Shown in pieces: positions 43,401 to 57,189 of a DNA stretch of 64,000 bases. A program made the position numbers and the translations under genes. Each line of letters begins with the position of its first letter. The first letter of the stretch is position 1. The stretch is from Podarcis pityusensis. Taxonomy: Eukaryota. Where the stretch lies: NCBI GenBank assembly GCA_964106645.2, contig OZ067038.1; one strand, 5' to 3'. Below the pieces are notes generated by a model. The model made no database searches. It had not been told where the DNA came from and saw nothing but the letters and a program-made list of their open reading frames with translations.

Positions 43401-44657
43401 TCTGGTCCAGGGGGTCACGAAGAGTCGGACACGACTAAACGACTAAACAACAACAACAACAGAATAATGGCTAGGTTATTCAGGGTTAGATGCAGGAAAA
43501 CTCAATTCAAATCTAAGCTCAAGTAATGCTTGAGCATAAAGAATGCAATAATAAGTATGCCCAATAAGGAGTTGCCAATATTACAGCAGTTAGAAAGGTT
43601 TTTTTCTGTCTCCAATGATACAAGAATAGCCACACCAATTACCCCCGATGATAAAATGCTGAGAACTTCAGTCTGACAACTTAGTATACATTATAAAGGT
43701 TTTGCTATAATCTATTAATAATGAACTAGACAAATATGAAACCTGGCAAATTTGCTAAAATTAGGCAGTGTTGATTTGTCACCCTGATTCAGCAAAACTC
43801 TTTTGGAAAGTCCTACGTTTGAATCCATGAAGCATGTTTTTCAAGTTAGCAGTAGTGCACGCAAGCTTAGAATCATGATATTAGCCAGATCATAGTACTA
43901 AGTACTTTGAAAGATGCAAGCCATATACACTAGTTGGCTTCCTGGTGCAATTGATAATGCATTCACAGTGATGACCATCAAACCTTCTCATATATGGGTA
44001 TGCATATAAGTTGTCAGTGGCTTCTTTTCTACAGATTGTTTGAAGTAAAGCACCTGCAAAGGAAAGTGGAAAATCAGATCAAAATGGCCAAGATGCTCCT
44101 GATCAGTGAAATAAATAAGAGAACGAATGTTCTACTTGAACAGCTAGAGGTAAGTAGGGTGGTTCTAACGTAGCTAAGGCAGATCATTACGTGCAGACAT
44201 AAAAACAACAACAATTTATTTATGTGGCGAACTCAAAGGTCAAGAAATGCACGGGGTGAGAAAAACTGAAAGGGGAAGTCCTTCCTCAGCTGATGTGGGA
44301 ATGTCTGGTAATGAGTAGGGTGCTTTGGGAGAAGGGCACCTGGGCAAGAGATTTGGAAACAGCACAGCTAGATGTCCATGGTGCCTACAGTACCAGTGGG
44401 ACTGCCTATATCAGGAGTGGGGAAGGTTTTTCAGCCTAAGAACTGCATTCTCTCATGGGCAATCTTCTGGAGGTCACATGCCTGTGGTGAGTGAGGTCAG
44501 AGGCAAAAGTGGGAAGGACTAATGGCAACGCTGAGCTGAGCAACAAATTGAGTCTTATCTTTCTACAGTAGGCTATATTCCACCCATGCAAAAGCAAAAG
44601 TTTTCTGACTTTTGTTAGATGTTTCTGACACCGACACACATTTCTCCATTTTTCATC

Positions 44658-44690
<33 letters not shown>

Positions 44691-47600
44691 GGCATCATCA
44701 CAGTTCCAATGACTATGTTGAGTAGTTTCTTTTGTTTCTGACTCTTGACAGAGAATCACCAGTGAAAAGAAGCAGAAACTGGAACAACAACTTCAGGGCA
44801 TCATGGTGTTAAACAGGCAATTTGAACACGTGCAGAACTTTCTGAGCTGGGCAGTGTGCAGTAAAAACAGTGTTCCATTCCTCTTCAGTAAGGAGCTGGT
44901 AAGTCTAAATGCTCACTACAATCCCAAAATACAAAAAAAGGAAGGGAAGGGAGAAAAACAAGTCCCCAAAGAAGCTAATGGGGAAAATGCATGAACTCTT
45001 CTACTGTACTGGTGGCTCAAGACTTTTAAGAGTACTTCTAGGTCTCCCAGAAGCTGAAGCAAAATGGAGGTTGGCAAGCGACTCCATTAAAAAGTTAATA
45101 CTGCATTAGTGGGAATCTTTGTGGTGGCTTCTGCTTGGGCAGTGCATTAGTTGAATATGGCCTAATATGTTTAGAAACTTCTGTTTTGAGTGGAAATACA
45201 CAGATTAAAGTGGAAATGGGACAGTTGAATTATGGGCAAACACATGCAAAAGTGGCATGGTCTGGAAGTTTATTGATTTGCCCATCCCTAGTCCTTATAT
45301 AGATTGAGACTTCTTTTCATGCTAAAACATGGTGCCAATCACCCACACAACCAGTCATCTGGAAGCATATACTGTATAGTGCATATACAGTGCATAGGAT
45401 GTTTTCTTGTGATCAGCATGGGACTTTAGTGCTGACCCAGAAGCATAGGAAATGGAACAAGATCCAGTGCCTTTCCCCCCATGCTAACACAGTCATTCAC
45501 ATAATGCCTACCTCATTCATGATTTACAGTAGCTTCCCATTACTTTCATCTAGAGTGGGACAGGATATGGAACTGGTGTGAACTGAAGATACAGCACAAT
45601 ACTGATGCATTTATGTATTTAAGTATGTATTAATTACCTGTCTTCCGAAAAGGCAACCAAGACAATGTAAGGCAACATGAACTAAAAATCTGCATTAATA
45701 TGTAGGAGCTAAAGCAAATAATGAAAATACAAAAGGTACACATGTGTACTGTAAAGAGTAAATGCCCATAACAAATAATTAGACCCCCTAAACTAGCCCT
45801 GTGTGGTGCAGACCTGGCTGTCTTATGAACGCAGACTTACTTCTGAGTAAATATACATAGGATTCCATTTTGCTGAATCAATAATATTCCAGATGAGGCT
45901 AGTGTGAAAGAGAGATCCTATGCTCACAGCTTGCAGGGCAGCAGCTGAAGAAGGAGCAAAAAGGGTTTTCTTGTGTGTGTGTTTCTTTGTGGCTGATTAG
46001 CTGCTCTCCCTGTGCAAAGGTCAGAGGGGGCAGGGTTTCTGTTGAGGCAGGTGATTAGCTGTGGGAGGAGCTTATCAGAGCTTGCAGGGCAGCGGCGCAC
46101 ACAGTTTGATCCATCTTTTAGATTTAGGGGAGCTAGTCTCAAACGTTTGTTGGGGGAGACCTAGGTTTTTTTGGGGGGGAGTTATTTGTCCTGTCTTCAC
46201 GCTTTTTATGATGGAGGACCGCTGTAGCCACCCCCAACGACACGTTCTCAAGATGGAGGGGGAGGGAACAGCTGCAGTCGCCTGCGGTTCCTGCGCAATG
46301 TTTGCCATCTTGCCAAAGGTTGCAGGCAGCTTTACCTGCAGCAACTGCATGTTGATTGCCCTCTTAGAAGACAAAGTCCAGCAACTGGAGGAACGTGTAG
46401 CTACACTCCAAAGAATTAGAGAGCTGGAGCTCTTCTTGGAAGCAACAGAGCACACCGTCTCCACCAAGGAGGAGACAGGGGACTCCCCTGAGAAGGAGGC
46501 TAGTTCACCAACACAGGAGCCAGATATATGGAGAAACGTGACTCAAAGAAGTAGGAGGCCCAGGGTTTGCTCTGATTGTTTAGAAATACACAATCGCTTT
46601 GAGGTCCTCTCCCCTAGCATGGAAGACGAAGAGCAGACTCCATTTGAGGATCTCTCCCTCATTACAGTCGATCAGGTATATGAAGACGAGCAGCAAAGTC
46701 AGTCCTCAGGGAATGTGCAGGCGACCTTGGAACAGACAGCTCACGGAAGAACCCCGACCAGACCTAAGAGGAGGCGTGTAGTGGTGATAGGGGATTCCCT
46801 ACTGAGGGGAACAGAAGCAGTGATCTGTGGGCCTGACAAGATGTCTCGGGAAGTGTGCTGTCTCCCCGGGGCTAAGATCCAAGATGTAACTGAACGACTG
46901 CAAGGAATCATAAAACCCACTGACAAATACCCCTTCCTCTTGGTTCACGTGGGAACCAATGACACTGCAAGCAATAGCCTCCAGAAGATCAAAAGAGACT
47001 ACGAGGCTCTGGGCAGGAAATTGAAGCAATTAAATGCACAAATTGTCATCTCATCTGTCCTCCCAGTTGAACGGCGTGGCCCAGGGAGAGAGGGAAAAAT
47101 AGTGGAAGTGAACAGCTGGCTTCACAAATGGTGTAAACAGGAACGGTTTGGATTCTTAGATCATGGACTGCAGTTTCTTGAAGATGGACTTCTGGCAAGC
47201 GATGAGCTGCACCTCACAACGGTTGGGAGGAATGTTTTTTGCCAAAAATCTCAGAAACCTCATCAGGAGGGCTTTAAACTGACTAATGTGGGGGAGGGAG
47301 ACAGTGCTCCTGAAGGTAGGAGTCTATCAATTGATGAAGATGATCATCCAAATGTCATAGACCAAATGGAGCAAACAGCACGCAGACCTAGTGGTGGGAG
47401 GAAAAAATCCTTAAATAAGAGACACGGGGGAATGATTAATGGACTTCAATGTCTGTACACTAATGCGCAAAGCATGGGAAATAAACAAGATGAGCTTGAG
47501 CTCTTGGTACAGCAAACTAAATATGGCATAATAGGCATCACTGAAACCTGGTGGGATGAGTCCCACGATTGGAATGTAATAATGGAGGGATACAATCTAT

Positions 47601-50600
47601 TTCAGAGAAACAGACCAGACAAGAAAGGAGGAGGAGTGGCGTTATATGTCAGGGATGTGTATACCTGTGAGGAGATCCAAGATTTAGAACCTCAAAGCCA
47701 AAGTGAGAGCATTTGGGTCAAAATTAAGGGAGAGAAGAATAACAGTGACCTCATTGTGGGAGTTTACTATAAATCCCCAAGCCAAACGGAGGACATAGAT
47801 GATGCCTTCCTGGAACAGATGGCCAAGCATGCAAAAGGAAGGGAGATAGTAGTAATGGGGGACTTCAATTACCCGGATATTTGTTGGATGTCAAACTCAG
47901 CCAAGAGCATAAGGTCAAACAGATTCCTCACTGGCCTTGCAGACAACTTCATTGTCCAGAAAGTGGGAGAAGCAACAAGAGGAACAGCAATTTTAGATCT
48001 GGTCCTAACCAATGTTGATGACCTGGTTAGTGGGGTAGAAGTGGAAGGATCATTAGGCGCGAGTGATCATGCTCTTCTGAAGTTTACTATACAGTGGAAA
48101 GGAGGAGCCAAGCATACTAGGATTCAATTTCTTGACTTTAAGAAAGCCGACTTCATAAAACTTAGGGAAGTGCTGGGTGAGATACCATGGACAGTAATAC
48201 TAAAAGGAAAGGGAGTTCATGATGGCTGGGAGTTTGTTAAGAGGGAGATAGTAAAAGCACAACTTCAGGCAATACCAATGAGACGGAAACATGGAAGGTG
48301 CCTAAAGAAGCCAGGGTGGCTATCTAAAGAACTTTTAACTGAGTTAAGTTTAAAAAAGGATGTGTACAAAAAATGGAAAAGGGGGGAAACCACCAAAGAG
48401 GAATTCAAACAAATAGCCAGCACGTGTAGACACAAAGTCAGAAAAGCTAAAGCACAGAATGAACTCAGGCTTGCTAGAGAGGTTAAAAGCAACAAAAAAG
48501 GCTTTTATGGGTATGTTCGTAGCAAAAGGAAGAACAAAGAAACAGTGGGGTCACTCAGAGGAGAAGATGGTGAAATGCAAACAGGGGACACAGAAAGGGC
48601 TGAACTCCTCAATGCCTTCTTTGCCTCAGTCTTCTCCGGTAAAGAAAACAATGCCCGACCTGAAGAATTTGGAGCAAATGATTCAGCAGAGGAAACACAG
48701 CCCAGAATAACTAAGGAGATAGTACAAGAATACTTGGCTAGTCTAGATGTATTCAAGTCTCCAGGGCCAGATGAACTGCATCCAAGAGTATTAAAAGAAC
48801 TGGCAGATGTGATCTCAGAACCACTGGCAGTCATCTTTGAGAATTCCTGGAGAACAGGCGAAGTCCCGGCAGACTGGAGGAGGGCAAATGTTGTCCCTAT
48901 TTTCAAAAAGGGGAAAAGAGAGGACCCAAATAATTACCGCCCAGTCAGTCTGACATCAATACCAGGGAAGATTCTGGAGCAGATCATTAAGCAAACAGTC
49001 TGTGAGCACCTAGAAAGGAATGCTGTGATCACCAATAGTCAGCATGGATTTCTGAAAAATAAGTCATGTCAGACTAACCTGATCTCGTTTTTTGACAGAA
49101 TTACAAGCCTGGTAGATGAAGGGAACGCAGTGGATGTAGCCTACCTTGATTTCAGCAAGGCATTTGACAAGGTGCCCCATGATATTCTTGTAAAGAAGCT
49201 GGTAAAATGTGGTCTTGACTATGCTACCACTCAGTGGATTTGTAACTGGCTGACTGACCGAACCCAAAGGGTGCTCATCAATGGTTCCTCTTCATCCTGG
49301 AGAAGAGTGACTAGTGGGGTGCCACAGGGTTCTGTCTTGGGCCCGGTCTTATTCAACATCTTTATCAATGACTTGGATGATGGACTCAAGGGCATCCTGA
49401 TCAAATTTGCAGATGACACCAAACTGGGAGGGGTGGCTAACACCCCAGAGGACAGGATCACACTTCAAAACAACCTTGACAGATTAGAGAACTGGGCCAA
49501 AACAAACAAGATGAATTTTAACAGGGAGAAATGTAAAGTATAGCACTTGGGCAAAAAAAAATGAGAGGCACAAATACAAGATGGGTGATACCTGGCTTGA
49601 GAGCAGTACATGTGAAAAGGATCTAGGAGTCTTGGTTGACCACAAACTTGACATGAGCCAACAGTGTGACGCGGCAGCTAAAAAAGCCAATGCAATTCTG
49701 GGCTGCATCAATAGGAGTATAGCATCTAGATCAAGGGAAGTAATAGTGCCACTGTATTCTGCTCTGGTCAGACCTCACCTGGAGTACTGTGTCCAGTTCT
49801 GGGCACCACAGTTCAAGAAGGACACTGACAAACTGGAACGTGTCCAGAGGAGGGCAACCAAAATGGTCAAAGGCCTGGAAAGGATGCCTTATGAGGAACG
49901 GCTAAGGGAGCTGGGCATGTTTAGCCTGGAGAAGAGGAGGTTAAGGGGTGATATGATAGCCATGTTCAAATATATAAAAGGATGTCACATAGAGGAGGGA
50001 GAAAGGTTGTTTTCTGCTGCTCCAGAGAAGCGGACACGGAGCAATGGATCCAAACTACAAGAAAGAAGATTCCACCTAAACATTAGGAAGAACTTCCTGA
50101 CAGTAAGAGCTGTTCGACAGTGGAATTTGTTGCCAAGGAGTGTGGTGGAGTCTCCTTCTTTGGAGGTCTTTAAGCAGAGGCTTGACAACCATATGTCAGG
50201 AGTGCTCTGATGGTGTTTCCTGCTTGGCAGGGGGTTGGACTCGATGGCCCTTGTGGTCTCTTCCAACTCTATGATTCTATGATTCTATGATTCTATGGAG
50301 TTTCTGGATATGACTTTAGGTTGCTCTCTATGTGCAGTACTTTATTGGGGAAAGCACATATAAAAATATCGTTTGCAATTATGGGAGAAAGATTGTGAGA
50401 CAGTAAGGATTTGCTTACACAGTAAAGTATTGTGGATTGTTATCTCAGCCTTGTTTCATACATCAGCAACTTATCAATTATTTATTTTATTTAGAGAATT
50501 AATAAACCACTAGATCAAAAGAAATTTCCCAAGTGGTGTACAGATAGAATTATAAATAAAAACATGGATAAAGTCATACACCAGTTAAAAACATGTGTAC

Positions 50601-53600
50601 ATAGAATCACCACCATCCTTAAAAACAAAGATAAAAAACAATGACTTTAAAAGAAAAATCATTAACTAAATCATGTGTCTGCCACAACAAAGGTGCTGCC
50701 ATACTAAAGGAATGACTCCTCACAAATTTGGAACATACATTATGTGGCACTTGCAAAAGTGCCAGTTCTGCAGAAGCATACTTCTTGTTCACTATTTCAG
50801 GCTATTTGCTGGTCTCCATAGCAATTTGAGTAACTTTACTCTCCACTGAAGTTTGCATAGCAGACATTACAATCCTGCTGGTGTCTGTCTGCATGCAAAA
50901 TCATTTCTCCTGCAGTGATGGACAACTGGCTTAGGAGTCCCTGATTTCAACATGAATTCCTTTCCTCTCATTAGTTCACTTTAGCTAGGAGATTCTTGCC
51001 TTGAAAATGTAAGCAAATCGAAAAGCGAAATGAAATAAAAGGATAACTGAATGGGCAAGTAAGCAATAATGGAAAATGGAAATGTAGGGTCATTTAAAGT
51101 TATAAGTTATAATCAGCTGTAATTGATAAAGCATCGATCATCATTAACTCTAACAGTAATTTTTTTATTTGTTACCAGATTGTGTTTCAGATCCAGCGTT
51201 TACTAGAAACAAACTGTAATACTGATGCAGGTCCTCCTTGGAAGGTCAGATTCACATGGGACCCATCTTTCTGGACTAAACAACTGTCCAATTTAGGTAA
51301 AAAAAGTATACAATGTTAGGTTTCCTTTGAGTTCATTAGATGAAAATATGTGTGTGTGTATTATCAGTATTGATGTTAATTTTTCCACTGCTACCACTGT
51401 GACAATTCTTTGTAAGTCACACTTAATATGTAACCCAAAAGCTGCTACAAGGTGAGTCAAAAGCTTTCGCGTGCGGAAAAAGGCCAAGTTGTGAGTTATA
51501 CCCCTATGCGAGTGACATAGGCGCCACTATTTTGCTTTGGTGGCATAAGAATGAAAACACGCTCACACACATGCACATCCATACATAAATAACCATGCCA
51601 GAATCAAAGAACTGATTGAAAGTAGGGGGATAATGTTGATGTAGTCCTTTCCATATCTGGAGAAGCATTTTGGGGGGGATGGGACCAAAAGGCAGCCATG
51701 TAGTATAGCCCCACCCACAAGCTGAAATAGCTACTGTTGAAATAATCTCACAAACCCTACTGAAATTAAAAGATTGCTTACAGCATAGGTAGGCAAACTA
51801 AGGCCTCGGGGCCGGATCTGGCCCAATCGCCGTCTAAATCTGGCCCACGGATGATCCGGGAATCAGTGTGTTTTTCCATTAGTAGAATGTGTGCTTTTAT
51901 TTAAAATGCATCTCTGGGTTATTTGTGGGGCATAGGAATTTGTTCATTCCCCACCCCCCCAATATTGTCTGGCCCCCCACAAGGTCTGAGGGACAGTGGA
52001 CCCGGCCCCCTGCTGAAAAAGTTTGCTGACCCCTGGCTTACAGTGTCTTTATGGAAGTGCTACAAATGACAATTTGGGGAAAAGTCATACATTTCCCTTT
52101 GGGCTGGCTATTATCTCACCAGTCCTCTACTTTTAACAGGGCTTAAAACAACAACAATTCATCATATGCCTCCATTTGATGCTCAGATGCTAGGAGATAA
52201 TGCAAAAGGTGCGACTCTGTGGAAGTATTTCTGAAGAAGGTTTCCCCTGAAGGAAGATTTGATAGCCTGTTTCTAGCACATGTTGACCCCCTCCTGGTGG
52301 GTGGGTGGGTGTTTTCTCCATTTTGCTGGTGCATCCTTCCCGTTTTTATTTCTTCCTTGCTTTCTGCAGGCCACTTGTCAATGGAGGGGGGACCAATCCA
52401 TCACTCAGAAGTGCCATCCTATGGAAGTATGCAAGGAATGCAGCCCTCCTTGTATCATCATCACGGACATCATTCGCCAGCACCACAGCATGACTCTCTC
52501 AACACCCAGTCCCACCAGTTTCAGCCTCCTGTTCATTGCCCTACGCCGGTGTGCTGCACCCATTGCCTTAACATCCCCCACATGAATAAAGGACAGCTTC
52601 CTCATCAAACCATGAGCCATGCTCATTCCTTCCGACAGCCTCCTGAGATGCAGCACCACCACCAGCAGCAGCATTTCCCTCTGCAGTACAGCCAGCAGCA
52701 GCACGAAAGAGAACAGAGGTGCGCCTCTCGACCCGTGAAAACACTGCAGCCTTGTGCCGAGCAGAAATCTCACCAGGAGCACGATAGCCTATCTGCCAGG
52801 ATGGCAAAGCATTCCCAAGAGCAGCCGTTGCAACAGGCAGCACATCCCATTTATCCCCTTCCCCTGCATGATGGTCAGCAAGGCCAGGCTGGACATTCCC
52901 AGCAGCTGCCTGCGCAATCTGCTCTGCACAGTCCAACAGTGCAAGTTCAGCTTGGTCCTCTCCAGAAGCTAAAGCTGAATCACTTGCAACAGCAGCAGCA
53001 GCAGCAGCAGCAGGAACAGCCACCCTTGCCGCCGCCGCCGCCGCCACCACCATTGTCACCACAGCAATCATCTACGACAGGTCAGAACGAGAAGGCTCAC
53101 GAACAGGTGCTACAGCAGAGTTTGGACATCATGCACCACCAGTTTGAACTGGAGGAAATGAAGAAAGATCTGGAGCTTCTCCTCCAGGCTCAGCAACCGA
53201 GCCTGCAAGTGAATCAGGCCAAGCAGCCTCAGCATGTTCAGCAAACAATTGTGGGGCAAATAAACTACATTGTGAGGCAGCCGACGGCAGTTCAGCAGCA
53301 AAGCCAGGATGAAGCCCAGCAGGTGAGTTTGCTAGGTCTGTTCTTTTCTTCTTCTTTTGGTCTCTAGCTGTTTAAATGCCCTAACCAAAACTTGGTACCA
53401 AATAGATTCCAATGCAGATAGGTTAGCACAGATTTAAAGCCAGTAATTGTTAATAAATGGGCTGACACCTGAGAACTCAGTAGGCCCTTCCAGGCATCAC
53501 TATTTTTAGGTGGGATTCAATAACACACTGGCAAATTCTGGTTGCCCAATTAAAGTTGATTTGGAGCTCTTCTGCAAAATATTGGACTTTTTGCAGTAAA

Positions 53601-54039
53601 GAAAGTGATGAGGAAATGCACTGGGGGGTGTGAGAACACTTGCTTTGACACAGCGTTATCTAACTTCACTGCAAACAAATCTGATTGAATGTTAACTAAT
53701 GGGCAAAATCAACTAATCTCCCTGCAAACAAATTAGGAGGGTGGCTCAGTCTACAGATCATCTGGAAATGATCCCTGTGTGTACAAATAAAATAAGGGTG
53801 TTCCATCAAAAGGATTTTTCATATTACGACTCATTTCCTAAACTGATCTTGGTGCTATTAATGAATCTGTGCTGATTATTCCCTTATCATAGGTTGGTGA
53901 AGATTCCACTGATTCAGAAGGTCAAAAACCAGCACTTCCTCTTGATAGAAACATGATTCCACCAATGTCACAGCCATTGGAAGATGCTATTGTCAGTATT
54001 CACTCCCCAGAGAGTACTTTCTTGAATCCAGTCAGAAAG
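34443..54039 (+). CDS. TRIM66: TRIM66 (TIF1-delta), 5' part: join(34443..34451,39399..39546,41060..41192,42577..42693,44035..44149,44752..44898,51179..51296,52370..53322,53893..54039); continues beyond window
   Basis: Phase-consistent GT/AG exons give [33 protein letters not shown] (B-box 1), [33 protein letters not shown] (B-box 2), coiled coil ...[38 protein letters not shown]..., and a Q/P-rich exon with [32 protein letters not shown]...[17 protein letters not shown]-bromodomain exons not seen in the window. Confidence 0.95.
34747..35179 (-). mobile_element. Solo LTR (Gypsy-like), 433 bp
   Basis: TG...CA termini (TGTCAGGG...ATTACA on -), 5-bp TSD GAGTA at 34742-34746 and 35180-35184. Confidence 0.75.
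38103..38250 (-). repeat. CR1-related 3' end fragment
   Basis: (CATAAGAA)2 tail then GAGCCTG..GGCCCATAGCCCATCTAGTCCAGCATCC, a common sauropsid CR1/SINE tail. Confidence 0.5.
41961..42161. mobile_element. Palindromic MITE (Harbinger-like)
   Basis: Termini GGCAGATCCACAC...ACATTTAAAACACAT / ATGTGCTTTAAATGTG...GTAGATCTGCC. Confidence 0.55.
43273..43460 (+). mobile_element. BovB/RTE LINE 3' fragment
   Basis: GAAAGATTGAGGGCACAAGGAGAAGGGGACGACAGAGGACGAGATGGTTGGA...GGGGTCACGAAGAGTCGGACACGACTAAACGACTAAAC(AAC)n, a recognisable BovB 3' end. Confidence 0.85.
45923..50297 (+). mobile_element. Full-length young CR1 LINE in a TRIM66 intron (ORF1 zinc finger + SGNH esterase about 46253-47282; ORF2 APE endonuclease + RT ending 50210), inactivated
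   Basis: ORF1 motifs [23 protein letters not shown]; ORF2 [46 protein letters not shown]; (ATTCTATG)n 3' tail; premature TAG 49541-49543 and +1 A at 49553-49561. Confidence 0.97.
51784..52035. mobile_element. hAT (Charlie-like) MITE
   Basis: TIR-like ends CATAGGTAGGCAAAC / GTTTGCTGACCCCTG; perfect 8-bp TSD GCTTACAG at 51776-51783 and 52036-52043. Confidence 0.85.
52987..53052 (+). repeat. TRIM66: Coding (CAG)n/(CCG)n microsatellite: polyQ and polyP in TRIM66
   Basis: CAA(CAG)8 gives Q9, followed by EQPPL and (CCG)5(CCA)3 giving P8. Confidence 0.9.
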
Positions 54040-56959
54040 GTACACAGAGCTTCTTCTTTTCTTTTTTTAAACATAAGAGAAAATGTTTCGGTAGCTCTAT
54101 ACGGCTTCTTTGAAGACTACTTCTCTCTTTCAGCACTTTGACAAGAATGAAGGTCAAGAGTGAAATTTCATCTTTGTAGGGGAGATTCTTCTCTGTAGAA
54201 AGCCATATCCTTGGAACACAGTGAATGTGTCCATACGAGTGCTTAAATTGCCCTTGAGACTCTCATGTTATTTCTATACACGTTTCATAGTTGTTAATAT
54301 AGAAAAGAATAGAAGAAAGGCATTTGTAATGCAAATGTACATTTTTACATTTTGGGGCAATATACATTGTATGTTTGCACTACAAACTGATTGAAAAATC
54401 ACATAAAGCCTTGAGTGGAAATTTCGATGGGAGTTTTTCATGAATTCTGATTCGTTGATCTCCAGGCAATGCCGCAAAAGACATATTTTTAGGGCTGCTT
54501 TGTTCCTGACATTTCTTTTCTACACAAGGATGGAGGGAAATCCCAGTGTTCACAATTATTTGAACACCCTATTTAGGTGTTCAAAAACAAGCAGCAATAA
54601 TTGCATGATGGAGGGAATAGGGGGAATTCACTCAGTTCATCCACAGTCTTGTTCCTTGCATTGGCCTCCTCTTAATGCTGTCTTAATGCTGGGGCAGCCT
54701 GTCAAATGCTCATAGGTAGTTGGAGCCCAAGGGTGGCAGTTATGTATTTGTTTGAACATTTATAATCCACACTTTCATAAAATATATAAAGGTGGCTCAG
54801 AGCATATACAACACAATAATGTCAGTCTATAAATATCTATAAAACACAATAAAAAACTTCAGTGAAACATCAGTAGATTCTGGTTGGCTAAAAAGATAAA
54901 TTCATATTGTGAAGACCTGTCTAAACAGTACAGTTTTCAAACCTCTAAAAGAAGATAGTGACAGTTCCTCCCGAACCTCTACACAGCACAGGGCCTGCCA
55001 AGCTAAGGGCTCAATTCCTAGTGAAGGCTCCAGGGCATGGGGAACCACCAGAAGTACTTCATAAGAGATCAGATGGTGCTTTGGGCACGAGTTGTTTAGG
55101 GCTTTGTCAGTTAACACGTGTGTAGGATCATGGGAGGTTGCACATATGGCAAAGGTGAGCAACCTGTGGCCTACCTAAGTTCATTCAGGTGCCACAGAAG
55201 GATAATGGGTGGCAAAGAGAGAGAGAAAAAGAGTGATAGAGGTAGCACCCCTCTCACTTTTCACTCTGGCCTTGCATACTGCTATCATCTAGCCTCCGAC
55301 AAATTACCTCAGAGGTAAATTAATTGATATTGTTATAATTTGGCTATTATTGGGTAAATATTGGAAAACTAATTAAAATTTATTTGGCCCAACCCCCCCC
55401 AACCCAGAGGTAATGTGGCCCTTAGCAGAAGAAAGGTTCCTATCCCCAACATTAGCAATAGCTCAGTGGTAGAGCACATGATTTGCATGCAGGCAGTTAC
55501 AGGTTGTGTTTGTAGGTTATCCAGTTAAGAGGATGAGCTGTAGGTGATAGGAAAGACCTCTGCCTGAGACTTTGGAAAGCTACTGCCAGTCAGTGTACAT
55601 AATACTAGTCTACTCTAGATGGACCTTGTGTAAGCCAGCTTTCTAAGGCCCAGGCACATGGCTTGTTAGGGCAGGTACCTCTGAGGTTCCTCTGCAGCAG
55701 GTAAACAAACCTGCTGAGGAGGGCAACTCAGGTACAAGTTAACCCCTCTTCCTTCAATCCCAGGTGGTGGTCCCAATAACCATACAGGTAAAACAGACAT
55801 ACTTAGGATCTTCTGTATGCATATTTAGATTTTCTAAATTTAAAAAGGAACATTTCTTGATACCCAAAAGGGTTTTGTTTTCTGAGAACAGAGAGAGAGA
55901 AATAAACTCAGTACATTTTGCTGCTACTACCCAGTGTGATGTCTTGACTATAGCTTCATGTATTACAGACTGGAAGCATGCTTCATCACATAGGGAATAT
56001 TAAATACTGAAAATGTGCTTGCTTAAGTTGGTAGCTTTTGACCACCTCCTCTGAGGACCTTTTGCCCAACAGTCACTTGATCTGGTCACTTCTGGTCAGT
56101 AAGAAATGCTTCCAAAATGATAAGACAAGGTTATTTTTACAAAAGTTGACAATTCTTCTTTTTAGGACACAAATGACTAGATAGATGTGAATAGGCATGC
56201 AGCTAGTAAATATTTTAGTTGGCCAGTAACTTCAGTGGAGTTGTTTAGTGGAATAATAGTGCCTTTCTTTCTCTGAAGCTATACTATATATCTATATATT
56301 TTGGCCTGGCTAGTTCCTGAATGGAACACTCTTCAGCCTCCCATATACACAACCATGAATCCTATGGAAAAAGAGCAGGATACAAATAAACACAAATAAA
56401 CAGCCCCATCTACTTTGACCTCAAGAGCCTTGTCTTGCTATAGTGTCACAGCACTGTCATGGCTTGGTGCCAAAATTAGGCAAGTGCTGATTGAAGAAGT
56501 GATGTAGGGGTTGTAACTATAATGGGGGAAAGACCAAATTTCCTTTTGGTTCAAAGTAAAAGACAGGTTGTATCTTTGAGGATAATTTAACTTTCACGTT
56601 ACATGATCATTTTGCTTGTACATAACTGTTTAGTTGTTTCTCCACAATTTCCAGGAACTTATGTACGGGTATTTTGATTAAATGGACTGTAACATGAGTC
56701 ATAAGATGCAATGCCATTTGCATAATCCACATGCCATTTATATGAGTTCTAATTGTTTGATGTCTCCCGTAGCTAAGGCCTGTTTGCTTAGGCTGCATTT
56801 AAGAACAAATGCATTGTATAGGCTAGCATTCTGTATCTGATATTGGCCAATCATCTGCCTAGAAACTGAAATGAAGGATAAAGATAACTGGGCATTCCCT
56901 GTTCCCAACTCTGAACCACCAATTTACAAGGGGATTAATTTTAGCTATGATGGCTGATA

Positions 56960-57189
56960 CAGTCATACCTTGGGTTACAGACACTTCAGGTTGTGCGTTT
57001 TTGGGTTGCGCACCGTGCCAAACCCGGAAGTACCGGAACGGGTTACTTCTGGGTTTCACACTTTGCGCATGTGCAAAAGCGCTGAATCATGACCCGCGTG
57101 TGTGCAGATGCGGCACTGTGAGCTGCGAACGCTGCGGGTTGCGAACGTGCCTCCCGCACGGATCATGTTCGCAACCCGAGCGTCCACTG
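56960..57189. mobile_element. Tc1/mariner-type MITE, family of 22264-22523
   Basis: CAGTCATACCTTGGGTT...AACCCGAGCGTCCACTG with TA flanks; shared internal CCCGGAAGTA...GTTACTTCTGGGTTTC. Confidence 0.75.
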
